From Desulfobacteraceae bacterium (lineage in GTDB: Bacteria; Desulfobacterota; Syntrophobacteria; Syntrophobacterales; Syntrophobacteraceae), in the NCBI GenBank assembly GCA_021372055.1, contig JAJFVB010000240.1, positions 505-64,504 of the forward strand: a stretch of 64,000 nucleotides of DNA, given 5' to 3'. The notes beneath the pieces are model-generated. The model made no database searches and was not told the origin of the DNA. It worked only from the letters and a program-made list of their open reading frames with translations. Each line of letters opens with the position of its first letter. Within the stretch, counting starts at the first letter, position 1. Positions 1 through 9,061 of this stretch are shown in pieces. A program made the translations under genes and the position numbers.

Positions 1-72
1 AGCCCCCGTGAAGACTCCCACGCACAATATGGCGGCAAGCGCCACGAGCATAGCAAATTTCATCTTGCGCAT
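1..72 (-). CDS. 5' end of a secreted or lipoprotein-like protein (partial, continues past the window start)
   Basis: Reverse strand reads GGGGGAGG, short spacer, ATG, then MRKMKFAMLVALAAILCVGVFTGA. This is an RBS plus signal-peptide-like n and h regions, open to the window edge. Confidence 0.4.
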   Translation of the reverse strand, partial: MRKMKFAMLVALAAILCVGVFTGA

Positions 73-1151
73 CGAATTCCTCCCCCTTTGATATGACAAA
101 AATGGTTTTCCAGAAGCAGTTCCTGCCTGTGTATGTGGTTCTGGCTTATTCCCGGATGGAAGGTTTGTGGAGGGGTAAAGAAGGGGTGAGAATTGGTACT
201 GCCGCCCTACCCAACCAGGTTATTAATCCAGAAGAAACAAGGCAGTAATGGAATCTGCGCAAGCGATCCGCACAGGGGGTATTTTGGGAGGGATAAATAG
301 GGGATACAACATACCAATATACGGATATATAGCTCGTGACCTGGCTATCTTGCATGAAAATCGCGCTTCATAATTCAGCATATATGGCCTTCAAATTGCG
401 CAGCATTTCTCTTGCGCGCGATGCCGATATTCCCGCGCAGGTTTTTCACGCGGGCCGCGCATTGTGATCCTCCCTGTGCCACCGTCCATTTCCGCACGAT
501 TTAACCCTTCAGTAACTCGGACCTTTTTCCGATTCTGAATCTGTGGTTCGTTTCCCTGACACGGCTGCTGAGTACCGAGCGGCCATTTGGATATCGTCAG
601 GAGATGCCGGGTGGAGGAGATCTTCTTCAAGGGCTTTTGAAGGCAGCGCGAAGCGGCCGACTCCTTTCCGGTAATTTTACAGCCCGGCAAACACCGCTCA
701 TGCTCTTTAGATAGAGGTACCTGGTTTCATGATTTCCGCCGGGAGAAAAGATGGGTAGGTTTTCCAGGGAAACACGCCGACTTTTCAGGCTTGCCATGGC
801 CTTGCCGGGTCGTGGTGAAATCCGGATCGCAATCCCCTCAAGGGCCGCGAGAATACCGGATGCATGCCGGAACCGCCGTCATGCGCCGCCTTCTTATTTT
901 TCCAGCCTGCGCGGGCGATCCTCCGCGGGAGTCATATCTTCTCTCTCACCGCATTCCGGGGCCGCTCCCGATGTGTTCCCGCAATCCCGCTTGCTCTTGC
1001 CGAACTCCCGGCACGCCTGCTTCGCATCTTCGGCAGGAGACGAATCCCTATTCACCCGATTTGAGCCCGCTCGGGCAGCTCGCCAAAAATCCCGGATTTC
1101 CCGGACTCCAGGATACGGAGCGAGACCGTCCCGGGATCGGGGAGCTTGAAT

Positions 1152-3377
1152 ATGGGCTCCGTTCTGATCGTCGATGACGAGCAAAGCCTTCGATTCACGC
1201 TCGAGGCTTTTATCCGGTCCGAGGGCCATTCCGCTTTTCTGGCGGACGATATGGCGTCCGCAATCGCCCTTGTGCGGGAATCCCCGATCGATATCGTTGT
1301 GGCGGATATTGTTCTGAGCGGGTCTTCGGGGCTCGATCTGCTGAAGACGATCAGGCAGATCGCACCCGATACCCGGGTTATCATGATGACGGGGGAACCC
1401 ACGCTTGACACCGCAGCCGAAGCCCTTCGGCTCGGGGCTTTCGACTATCTCCAGAAGCCGGTCTTGAAGACCCAGTTCCTGAGTGCGATTCGAAACGCTT
1501 TCAACGCGCGTCGAATAGCGGAAGAGGAAAACCTGGAGTACACGATCCGGCTCGAAAAACTGGTGGGCGAGCGCACGCGGGCGTTGGCCCGGAGCGAAGC
1601 GACCCTCCGCCGCCGGGCGCGGGAACTCGCCGTGCTCCACAACCTGTCCCGGGAGGTCGGTGCGAGCATCACCGTCAATGCAACCATCGAAGCCGGTCTG
1701 AACAAGATTGCCCTTGCGACGGGATCCGACCTCGTCGTTCTTTTCCTTCGCCATGAAGACCACCTCATCCAGCGCGGGTATTTTGCGGGATTGAGGGGAA
1801 TCGAGTGGGACCATGCCTCCGGCGCACGGCTGGGAGAATGCCTTCGCGGAATTGCATTCAACGAAGACCGGCCCGTCTACTGCGAGGACATTCCAGCCGA
1901 TTCCCGGTGCACGCTGAATGTGTGCAAGGATGCGGGTTTCGGCTCTCTTGCCGCCTTCCCTCTCCGAACCGGCAAGGAGGCCATGGGCATTCTCGGACTC
2001 CTTTCCATCGAGAAGCGCGACTTCAAGGCGGAAAGCGCCTTCCTGCTGGCGGTGGCAAGTGAAATGTCCATCGGCCTCAAGAAGAGCCTGCTCTATGAAC
2101 AACTGCAGCATCGCGCCTCCGAACTGCAGGCCAGTCTGGAAAAGATACGCTCGGCGGAGGCCGATCGGCTTCAGCTGCAGACTCAGCTTCAGCAATCCCA
2201 GAAGATGGAGGCGATCGGGACTCTGGCGGGCGGAATCGCTCACGATTTCAACAATATTCTCGGTGCCGTCATAGGCTATGCCGAACTTGCCCAGAATCAT
2301 ATCGAACGTCACTGCAAGGCATACGCTCACCTGAACGAGGTTATCAGCGCCGGAGTCAGGGCAAAGAACCTCATCCAGCAGATCCTGACCTTTAGCAGGG
2401 AAGCCAAGCACTCTCTGAGCCCCATTCGCCTCGAGCCGGTCGCAACCGAAGCGCTGAGGATGATTCGCGCATCCCTGCCCTCGACTATCGAGATCCGTCA
2501 GACCTTCAGCAGCCAACTGGCGGTCGTGGCGGATCCCACCAGGTTCCACCAGGTCCTCATGAACTTGTGCACCAACGCCGCTCACGCCATGCGGAAACGT
2601 GGCGGACTGCTCAAAGTGAGCATCTCCGATTTCTTCCTCAACCCGGAGTCGGCTTCAAACACCGCCGTTTCTCCGGGAACCTACGTCAAACTCACCGTCA
2701 CGGACACGGGCCATGGGATGTCGCGACACACCATGGATCGGATCTTCGATCCGTTCTTCTCGACAAAACGAAAAGACGAAGGAACAGGCCTGGGGCTCTC
2801 GGTCGTCCATAGGATCATAAAGAACCTCAACGGTCATATCCTCGTGCGCAGCAAACCGGGGAAAGGCACTCTTTTCGAAGTGCTGCTTCCGGCGGTGGAC
2901 GCGGAAGTGGAGACATACCCGGAACCGCAGCCGATCCCGACAGGCACCGAGCACATCCTTCTTGTGGACGATGAAAAACCGCTGGTCCAATCTCTCAAGC
3001 TGCAGCTTGAATCGCTGGGATACCGCGTTACGGCGATGACCTGCCCTCTCGAAGCCCTGGACGCATTTCGCGAGGCCCCCTCTCAATGCGACCTCGTTAT
3101 CACCGACCTGACCATGCCGCAGTTGCCCGGCGACAGGTTGGCAAAGGCCCTGCTGGAGATTCGACCCGACCTGCCGATACTCTTGTGCACCGGTTTCAGC
3201 ACCTCCATGGACAGCAAGTCCCTTGCTGCGGCGGGTTTTCGCGCACTGCTCTATAAACCGGTCCTCAAACGGCAACTGGCCGTGGCGATCCGCCAGGCTC
3301 TGGGTGAAAGACAACCCGCATGCCTCGAGGACCTTTTCGAAAACGCCGCCACCCTCACCGCGCGTCATCGAAGCTGA
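1152..3377 (+). CDS. Hybrid sensor histidine kinase/response regulator (REC - coiled coil - GAF-like - HisKA - HATPase_c - REC)
   Basis: N-terminal receiver (VLIVDDEQSLR, DIVVADIVL). H-box GGIAHDFNNILGAV. ATPase boxes LMNLCTNAAHAM, DTGHGM, GTGLGLS. C-terminal receiver (ILLVDDEKPL, DLVITDLTMP). The ORF opens at TTG 1146; ATG 1152 is preceded by GGGGAG. Confidence 0.9.
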   Translation: MGSVLIVDDEQSLRFTLEAFIRSEGHSAFLADDMASAIALVRESPIDIVVADIVLSGSSGLDLLKTIRQIAPDTRVIMMTGEPTLDTAAEALRLGAFDYLQKPVLKTQFLSAIRNAFNARRIAEEENLEYTIRLEKLVGERTRALARSEATLRRRARELAVLHNLSREVGASITVNATIEAGLNKIALATGSDLVVLFLRHEDHLIQRGYFAGLRGIEWDHASGARLGECLRGIAFNEDRPVYCEDIPADSRCTLNVCKDAGFGSLAAFPLRTGKEAMGILGLLSIEKRDFKAESAFLLAVASEMSIGLKKSLLYEQLQHRASELQASLEKIRSAEADRLQLQTQLQQSQKMEAIGTLAGGIAHDFNNILGAVIGYAELAQNHIERHCKAYAHLNEVISAGVRAKNLIQQILTFSREAKHSLSPIRLEPVATEALRMIRASLPSTIEIRQTFSSQLAVVADPTRFHQVLMNLCTNAAHAMRKRGGLLKVSISDFFLNPESASNTAVSPGTYVKLTVTDTGHGMSRHTMDRIFDPFFSTKRKDEGTGLGLSVVHRIIKNLNGHILVRSKPGKGTLFEVLLPAVDAEVETYPEPQPIPTGTEHILLVDDEKPLVQSLKLQLESLGYRVTAMTCPLEALDAFREAPSQCDLVITDLTMPQLPGDRLAKALLEIRPDLPILLCTGFSTSMDSKSLAAAGFRALLYKPVLKRQLAVAIRQALGERQPACLEDLFENAATLTARHRS

Positions 3378-3557
3378 ACCCGCAGCCATACTGCGTTCCC
3401 GCCCTAATGCCCATCATGTTTTTCATCCCTTTTCTTTTTGAAGCCGGCGGACAAAAAAGCACACGCCTTTGAAAGGAAGAGTATATAATTTGCTGCCTCA
3501 TGCGAAGTTTTTTGAACTTTTTCAACTCTGCACCTCAAACGCCAGGAGTCATATAGG

Positions 3558-4688
3558 ATGAAGATCGGTTGTCCCAGGGAGATCAAGAGCCAGGAGTTCC
3601 GTGTGGGACTTATTCCCGCAACGGTCAAGACATACGTCGACTGCGGCCACCAGGTTTATCTGGAAAAAGATGCCGGAATGGGGTCGGGAATTCCCGACGG
3701 TCAATACGCCGCCGCGGGAGCCACGATTTGCGCAACGGCCCGCGAAGTCTGGCAGGAATCGGAGATGATCGTAAAGGTGAAGGAACCTCTTGCGGCCGAA
3801 TATGAATTCATGCGGCCGGGACAACTCGTCTACACGTACTTTCACTTTGCAGCTGACGAAAAGCTGACGAAGGCATGCCTCGAAAAGAAGATAATCGCGC
3901 TTGCTTACGAGACCGTGCAGAAGGCCGACGGTTCCCTTCCCCTGCTCAAGCCGATGAGCGAAGTCGCAGGCAGGATGGCCCCTCTCATGGGTTCGTTTTA
4001 CATCGGCAAAATGCACGGCGGGCGGGGTCTTCTCGCGACCGGAGTGCCGGGGGTGACCCCGGCGAGCGTGCTGGTGATCGGCGGCGGCACGGTGGGGAGC
4101 AACGCCGCCAAAGTTGCGGCGGGACTCGGAGCAAAAGTAACGCTGCTCGACATCAACCTCGATGCGCTCGAATCCCTGGGCAACATCATGCCGCCCAACG
4201 TTTCTCCCATTTACTCCGATCCCTACACGCTCGATCGGGCGCTGAGGGAGGCGGACATCGTGATCGGGGCGGTGCTCATACCGGGCGCGAAGGCGCCTAA
4301 GATCATCAAGCGCGAGCACCTCAAGATCATGAAGCCGGGGTCCGTTTTCGTCGATGTTGCAATCGACCAGGGCGGTTGTTCCGAGACATCCCGACCCACG
4401 ACGCACATCGATCCGATCTTTATCGTCGACGAGGTCGTGCACTACTGCGTCGCCAACATGCCGGGGGCCTACGCCCGGACCTCCACATTCGCGCTCTGCA
4501 ACCGCACCGGCAAGTACGGGCTGAAACTTGCGAACGAAGGAGTCAAGAACGCGTGCCTGAAGGACCCGGCCCTTCTGAAGGGCCTGAACATGTACAAGGG
4601 ATTGATCACCTTCAAGCCCGTGGCCGAAGCCTTCGGCATGGAAGCTCTCTACAAGTCCGCAGCCGATGCGCTTTCCGGATCGAACTAG
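3558..4688 (+). CDS. ald: Alanine dehydrogenase
   Basis: MKIGCPREIKSQEFRVGLIP start, Rossmann motif VLVIGGGTVGSNAA, and a length of about 376 aa typical of Ald. AGGAG RBS 9 nt upstream. Confidence 0.9.
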   Translation: MKIGCPREIKSQEFRVGLIPATVKTYVDCGHQVYLEKDAGMGSGIPDGQYAAAGATICATAREVWQESEMIVKVKEPLAAEYEFMRPGQLVYTYFHFAADEKLTKACLEKKIIALAYETVQKADGSLPLLKPMSEVAGRMAPLMGSFYIGKMHGGRGLLATGVPGVTPASVLVIGGGTVGSNAAKVAAGLGAKVTLLDINLDALESLGNIMPPNVSPIYSDPYTLDRALREADIVIGAVLIPGAKAPKIIKREHLKIMKPGSVFVDVAIDQGGCSETSRPTTHIDPIFIVDEVVHYCVANMPGAYARTSTFALCNRTGKYGLKLANEGVKNACLKDPALLKGLNMYKGLITFKPVAEAFGMEALYKSAADALSGSN

Positions 4689-4805
4689 GCTTTTTTCTCA
4701 ACACTTTTTCATGATCGACCATCCCACGGGGAGAGACGATACGGGTTTTCCGGCCGTCCTCCCCGCGGGACCGGTACCCCGCATCCAAGCCATGAGATAT
4801 TTCCC

Positions 4806-5201
4806 GTGAAAGCCAAGCCGAGGCTCCTCCATGTCTGGACCGATCCCATCGACGCGGAACGACTCGTCCGGAAACTCGCGGAAACCTCCTTTGACTTCGA
4901 GGCCAAGCTGGTGAAGACACTGCCCGAGTTTGTGTCGTCTTTGGCAAGGGAAGCATTCGATATCATCATAGCGGATTCGAGGTCCGAATCCGCCGCGCCC
5001 GGCACGGAAGATCTTACCCTGGAGCAGATTGCCGCGGAACTCGCGCCCGGGACTCCTTTCGTGCTGCTCTGCGGGGATCGGGACGCAGATGGCGCCGGGC
5101 GCCGCTCCGGGTCTTTCCGCGTGCCGCGGCGGGAACTCGTCAGGCTGAAAGAACTGATTCCCGGGCTGCTCCGGAAGGGAGAGAGACCGTCCGCCGACTG
5201 A
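4806..5201 (+). CDS. Divergent receiver (REC)-like single-domain protein
   Basis: GTG-start ORF with strong G/C third-position bias. The pattern LLHVWTDPID ... FDIIIADSRS ... PFVLLCGDRD resembles a CheY-like fold with a degenerate acidic pocket. No clear RBS. Confidence 0.45.
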   Translation: MKAKPRLLHVWTDPIDAERLVRKLAETSFDFEAKLVKTLPEFVSSLAREAFDIIIADSRSESAAPGTEDLTLEQIAAELAPGTPFVLLCGDRDADGAGRRSGSFRVPRRELVRLKELIPGLLRKGERPSAD

Positions 5202-5320
5202 TCTTTTTTCAGCCGAAGGTTTTTCCTTTTTTTCCACGGAGACTTTTCCCGATCAACTCCGAGCCGGTCTTTTTTGCTTTGTAATGCGGCGACTCTGGTT
5301 TACTCTGTCGACGTAAGCGG

Positions 5321-6190
5321 GTGAATGGACTGCCAAACTCTTTCTGCCGAGAGATGGAAATGTTCCTGCCGGAGCGCACCGACATCGTTGAGAGCATACT
5401 GGACAATTGCCTTCAGGTCTGGTCCGTCACCCCGTCGTTTGCGCCCCTTGCCGAAGTGATCCAACGCGACTCTCAGGCCATCAGGGCGCAGATCCAATCC
5501 AGCCAGGCAACTCCCCGCGCGTCCTCCAACCCGGACCGGATTCGCGCTCTTATCGTCCAGTACGCGGTCGAGCATGCCGCGCTGCCCATCGGCTGGCGGC
5601 ATTTCAACCTTTTCCGTGAAGCGGAAACCGTGCAGGTGATCCTTGAGGATACGTTCGGCGTCCGTCCGGGCATGGAAGAGGATGAGATTCTTATACCGCA
5701 CCAGGACAGCGCTCTTTTAATTATAGTAAAATGCCTTTTCGCAAAGCATCGCAAGTCCGACGACGGTAGCGGGATCAACGCATTCCTGCAGATCTTGTGC
5801 AACGCTTCCGATGCGGATCGTCCGGCTCAGGACAGGACCATGCGCATCAAGACGATGATCTGGTTCGTCTATCTCGTGATCGAGATCGTCACCGTCGAGC
5901 GCCATGTCTGCCTGCGCGGACTTGAGTATCTCAGGATCAAGTTCCGTCGCTTGCTGGACTGTGTCGTCGAGGGAACCATAATTGACGAGGGGTCCAGGAA
6001 ACCGGGCTTCGAGAACGGCATGTGGGAGGAATCCCTCTTCGGCTGGCTTCAGGGGGAAGACCGAAAGCGGTTCGTCCTGAAGCTCAGGCGCCAGTTCAAC
6101 CTGGAGAACAACCCCGAACATGCCAATCGCTGCCTGCTCGCCGAGCACCGGCGGTGCGTGTTCGAACAGGTCCTGGAAAAGTTCTGCTAG
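5321..6190 (+). CDS. Hypothetical protein (no recognisable domain)
   Basis: 289-codon ORF with marked G/C third-position bias on this strand. The start is uncertain (GTG 5321 or ATG 5354). Confidence 0.6.
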   Translation: MNGLPNSFCREMEMFLPERTDIVESILDNCLQVWSVTPSFAPLAEVIQRDSQAIRAQIQSSQATPRASSNPDRIRALIVQYAVEHAALPIGWRHFNLFREAETVQVILEDTFGVRPGMEEDEILIPHQDSALLIIVKCLFAKHRKSDDGSGINAFLQILCNASDADRPAQDRTMRIKTMIWFVYLVIEIVTVERHVCLRGLEYLRIKFRRLLDCVVEGTIIDEGSRKPGFENGMWEESLFGWLQGEDRKRFVLKLRRQFNLENNPEHANRCLLAEHRRCVFEQVLEKFC

Positions 6191-6209
6191 ACCAGATTGG
6201 GAAAAGGGC

Positions 6210-6875
6210 GTGAACTCTGACGAGATTTTCGACATATTGCCGCTGAAGGTGCTTCGGGGGTTTAAGACCCGCATGCTGCTGGGAACCGTGCCGGCCGATA
6301 CCGTTGCGGAAGTTCTCGAGCCTTTCCTGTCGCGTTTCTTCGATCTCATGCTCGGGCTTCCGCCCGGCCTTCAGACCGATATGGAAAACATTCTGAGGAT
6401 TTACCCCGACGTCGCCGAACGGTTCGGCCTTCGCATGAAGCCGCCCATGGAGACGGTCCTCACGGAACTGCGACTCCATTTTACCGAACGCGGCGATCTC
6501 GAGGAAGAATACGCCCCGGACATGGCCGCCGAGGACCAGGCCCCCTTTTGGGGCTCGACTTCACGCCTTTGGGAAGCTCAGGGGTTTTTCAGGACGGACA
6601 GGGACAACCCGGTCTATCTTGAACTCTCCTACAGGCAAGCAGACGCGGCGGTGCGTTTCGCGCATATTTCGACAATACCCGGGATAGAAATCGTTATCTG
6701 CGGCGCACCGGTGCTCAGCCTGGGCCGCGATGTTCCGAAAGGCGAAGTCCCGGTAGGCGTCATCTCTTCACTACTCGCAAATCTCCCCTCTCATCCTCTG
6801 ATCCGAATTATCGAAAAGTCCGGAAACTCTCCGCGCATGCGAATCGTCCGTCCCGAATCTCCGACCGGGATGTGA
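6210..6875 (+). CDS. Hypothetical protein (no recognisable domain)
   Basis: The ORF opens at 6120 but overlaps the upstream gene. GTG 6210 follows the upstream stop (6190) and an AAAAGGG purine stretch. Codon bias is consistent with coding. Confidence 0.55.
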   Translation: MNSDEIFDILPLKVLRGFKTRMLLGTVPADTVAEVLEPFLSRFFDLMLGLPPGLQTDMENILRIYPDVAERFGLRMKPPMETVLTELRLHFTERGDLEEEYAPDMAAEDQAPFWGSTSRLWEAQGFFRTDRDNPVYLELSYRQADAAVRFAHISTIPGIEIVICGAPVLSLGRDVPKGEVPVGVISSLLANLPSHPLIRIIEKSGNSPRMRIVRPESPTGM

Positions 6876-7013
6876 GGCCGGGGACTGCCGGCGCCATCGC
6901 ACAGCCATCATTCGAAAAAGGCAAACGAACCATCACGGCGTCATTGACCTTTCGCCTCCCGGACTGTTACGTAGTACGAAAACTCCTCAACCCCACGCCA
7001 CACTGGAGGACCC

Positions 7014-7625
7014 ATGCGAAAAGGTTTTTCCGTCTTGATGACAGCCTGCGCCCTTCTGGCACCCCTTGCGATCGGTTGGGCCGCAAGCGACGGCGCGATG
7101 AAGCTTCGCGCCGAAAACGGGCTGACAGAGTTCAAGGTCCCGGCAACTCTTCTGTCCGGCAACTTCGTTGCTGACGAAATCGATCCGCGGTTTGTTTTCG
7201 GCAAGGTGGACGATTTCGTCAAATCCCGGTCATGCGCCACGACGTGGCTCATCGACGAAAACGAGAAAAGACGCGTTGAAGCACAGTCCAACCAGACGGA
7301 GCCGCTTGAATACACGCTCTACCTGGAGGAGGACTGCCCGGACAAGGTTGCCTACTATATTTTCGTCGACCGTTCCCAAGCCAGGTCCGCGCAGTGGATG
7401 GAATGGCGCAAGCAGTTTCATAAAAGCAAGGCCGAGCCTCAGTACGCCGCTGTCGACGCAGCGCTTGCAGAGGCGGGGCAGAAGGGTTTTCAGGTCGACG
7501 CGGAGCTTCGTTTTGTCGAAATCGGGGGCAATCTGATTCTGAAGAAGACGGAAGAGTTCGTGACCGACGATCTCAAGCTACGCCCGATATACGATCTTAA
7601 GGCGGGCAAGGCCGCGCAACAGTAA
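7014..7625 (+). CDS. Secreted hypothetical protein
   Basis: GGAGG RBS. Signal peptide MRKGFSVLMTACALLAPLAIGWAAS. No recognisable domain. Confidence 0.65.
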   Translation: MRKGFSVLMTACALLAPLAIGWAASDGAMKLRAENGLTEFKVPATLLSGNFVADEIDPRFVFGKVDDFVKSRSCATTWLIDENEKRRVEAQSNQTEPLEYTLYLEEDCPDKVAYYIFVDRSQARSAQWMEWRKQFHKSKAEPQYAAVDAALAEAGQKGFQVDAELRFVEIGGNLILKKTEEFVTDDLKLRPIYDLKAGKAAQQ

Positions 7626-7714
7626 CGGGGCCGAACCCGTTCATCACCGGCGGGCAGGACCGATGTGCCGATGATGTTTTTCGAATCGTTTCTCGCTTTT
7701 TGGAGGACGCAGTT

Positions 7715-8938
7715 ATGGCAGGAAATGACAAACAGGATGGTTTGACAAGGCGCGGTTTCATGAAGGCCCTGGGAATCGCCGGGATCGCGTCAACGGGACT
7801 GAACACGGGCAAGGCTCTGGCGCAGGAAGCCGCCGGCAAGGCCCCTTCCCTTCCGAAGCGAAAGCTCGGGAAGACCGGCGTCGAGGTCTCGATCCTCTCG
7901 CTGGGCGGCATGTTCGATACGCTGAACAATCAACTCCTCCTGCGGCAGGCGCACAACTGGGGAGTGACTTACTGGGACACGGCCGAAGGGTATGGAAACG
8001 GGATGAGCGAGGATGGATTCGGCCGCTATTTCACGCGCAATCCCGCCGCCCGCAAGGATATATTCCTGGTCACCAAGTTCCGGCAGGGCACCGCCGAAGC
8101 GATGACGGAAAACCTCGATAAAGCGCTCAAGCGCCTTTGCACCGAATACGTCGATCTTTTCTTCATTCACGGGATCAAGGACTTCTCCGAAATTGCCGAA
8201 CCCAAGCCCCTCAAGCAATGGGTCGCGGCCATGAAAAAAGCCGGCAAGATGAAGTTCTTCGGATTCAGCACGCACGCGAACATGGAGGACTGCCTCCTCG
8301 CGGCGGCCAAGACGGACTGGATCGACGCCGTCATGTTCACCTACAATTTCAGGCTCATGCATACGGACAAGATGAAACAGGCGCTCGATGCCTGCACCGG
8401 AGCCGGAATCGGCCTTGTGGCAATGAAGACCCAGGGCGGCGGCCCGGTCAAGACCGACAGCGAAGCCGAGCTGCAGATGGCGGGCAGGTTCCTCGAAAAG
8501 GGATTTACCGACAAACAGGCCAAGATCAAGGCGGTGCTCGAAAACCCGAACATCGCAAGCGTCTGTTCCCAAATGCCCAACCTGACGATCCTCTCGGCCA
8601 ACGTTGCGGCTGCCCGCGACCTGACAAAGCTCGGCGGGAGCGATTTCGAACTGCTCCACCGGTTCGCCTCCGAAACGCGTGAGGGCTACTGCGCCGGGTG
8701 CGGCCGGATCTGCGGCGACGCCGTCGCGGGCGACGTTCCCGTGAGCGACGTCATGCGCTGTCTCATGTACTACAGGGAATACGGGGATCGCGAGCTGGCG
8801 CGCGAGGTTTACGCGGGGTTGCCCCGAGAGGCGAGGCAAAAGTTGACGGAGATCGATTACACGAACGCCGAGAAGATCTGCCCGCAGGGACTCGCGATTG
8901 CAGCCCTCATGCGCGAGGCTTCCGAGCTTCTGGCCTGA
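7715..8938 (+). CDS. Aldo/keto reductase with twin-arginine (Tat) signal and Cys-rich C-terminus
   Basis: TRRGFMKALGIAGIASTG Tat motif. AKR core (LGKTGVEVSILSLGG, YWDTAEGYG, DLFFIHG). C-terminal CAGCGRIC plus further Cys residues. GGAGG precedes ATG 7715. Confidence 0.8.
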   Translation: MAGNDKQDGLTRRGFMKALGIAGIASTGLNTGKALAQEAAGKAPSLPKRKLGKTGVEVSILSLGGMFDTLNNQLLLRQAHNWGVTYWDTAEGYGNGMSEDGFGRYFTRNPAARKDIFLVTKFRQGTAEAMTENLDKALKRLCTEYVDLFFIHGIKDFSEIAEPKPLKQWVAAMKKAGKMKFFGFSTHANMEDCLLAAAKTDWIDAVMFTYNFRLMHTDKMKQALDACTGAGIGLVAMKTQGGGPVKTDSEAELQMAGRFLEKGFTDKQAKIKAVLENPNIASVCSQMPNLTILSANVAAARDLTKLGGSDFELLHRFASETREGYCAGCGRICGDAVAGDVPVSDVMRCLMYYREYGDRELAREVYAGLPREARQKLTEIDYTNAEKICPQGLAIAALMREASELLA

Positions 8939-9061
8939 TTCCCGGATTATTCCGGGGCGCGGAGATGACGACCCGACGCCAAACGGTGCTGCGGAGTTGG
9001 TTGGCGCCCCGCAGCCCGCAGCCGGGGAACTCATCCGGCGCTCCTCTCCCCGGCGGAAGGT

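Noticed and set aside
894-2585. 563-aa ORF on the minus strand
   Set aside because: It is entirely antisense to the hybrid kinase gene, whose motifs are unambiguous. Its product is Arg/Gly/Pro-rich with no motifs. This is a typical shadow ORF in GC-rich DNA.
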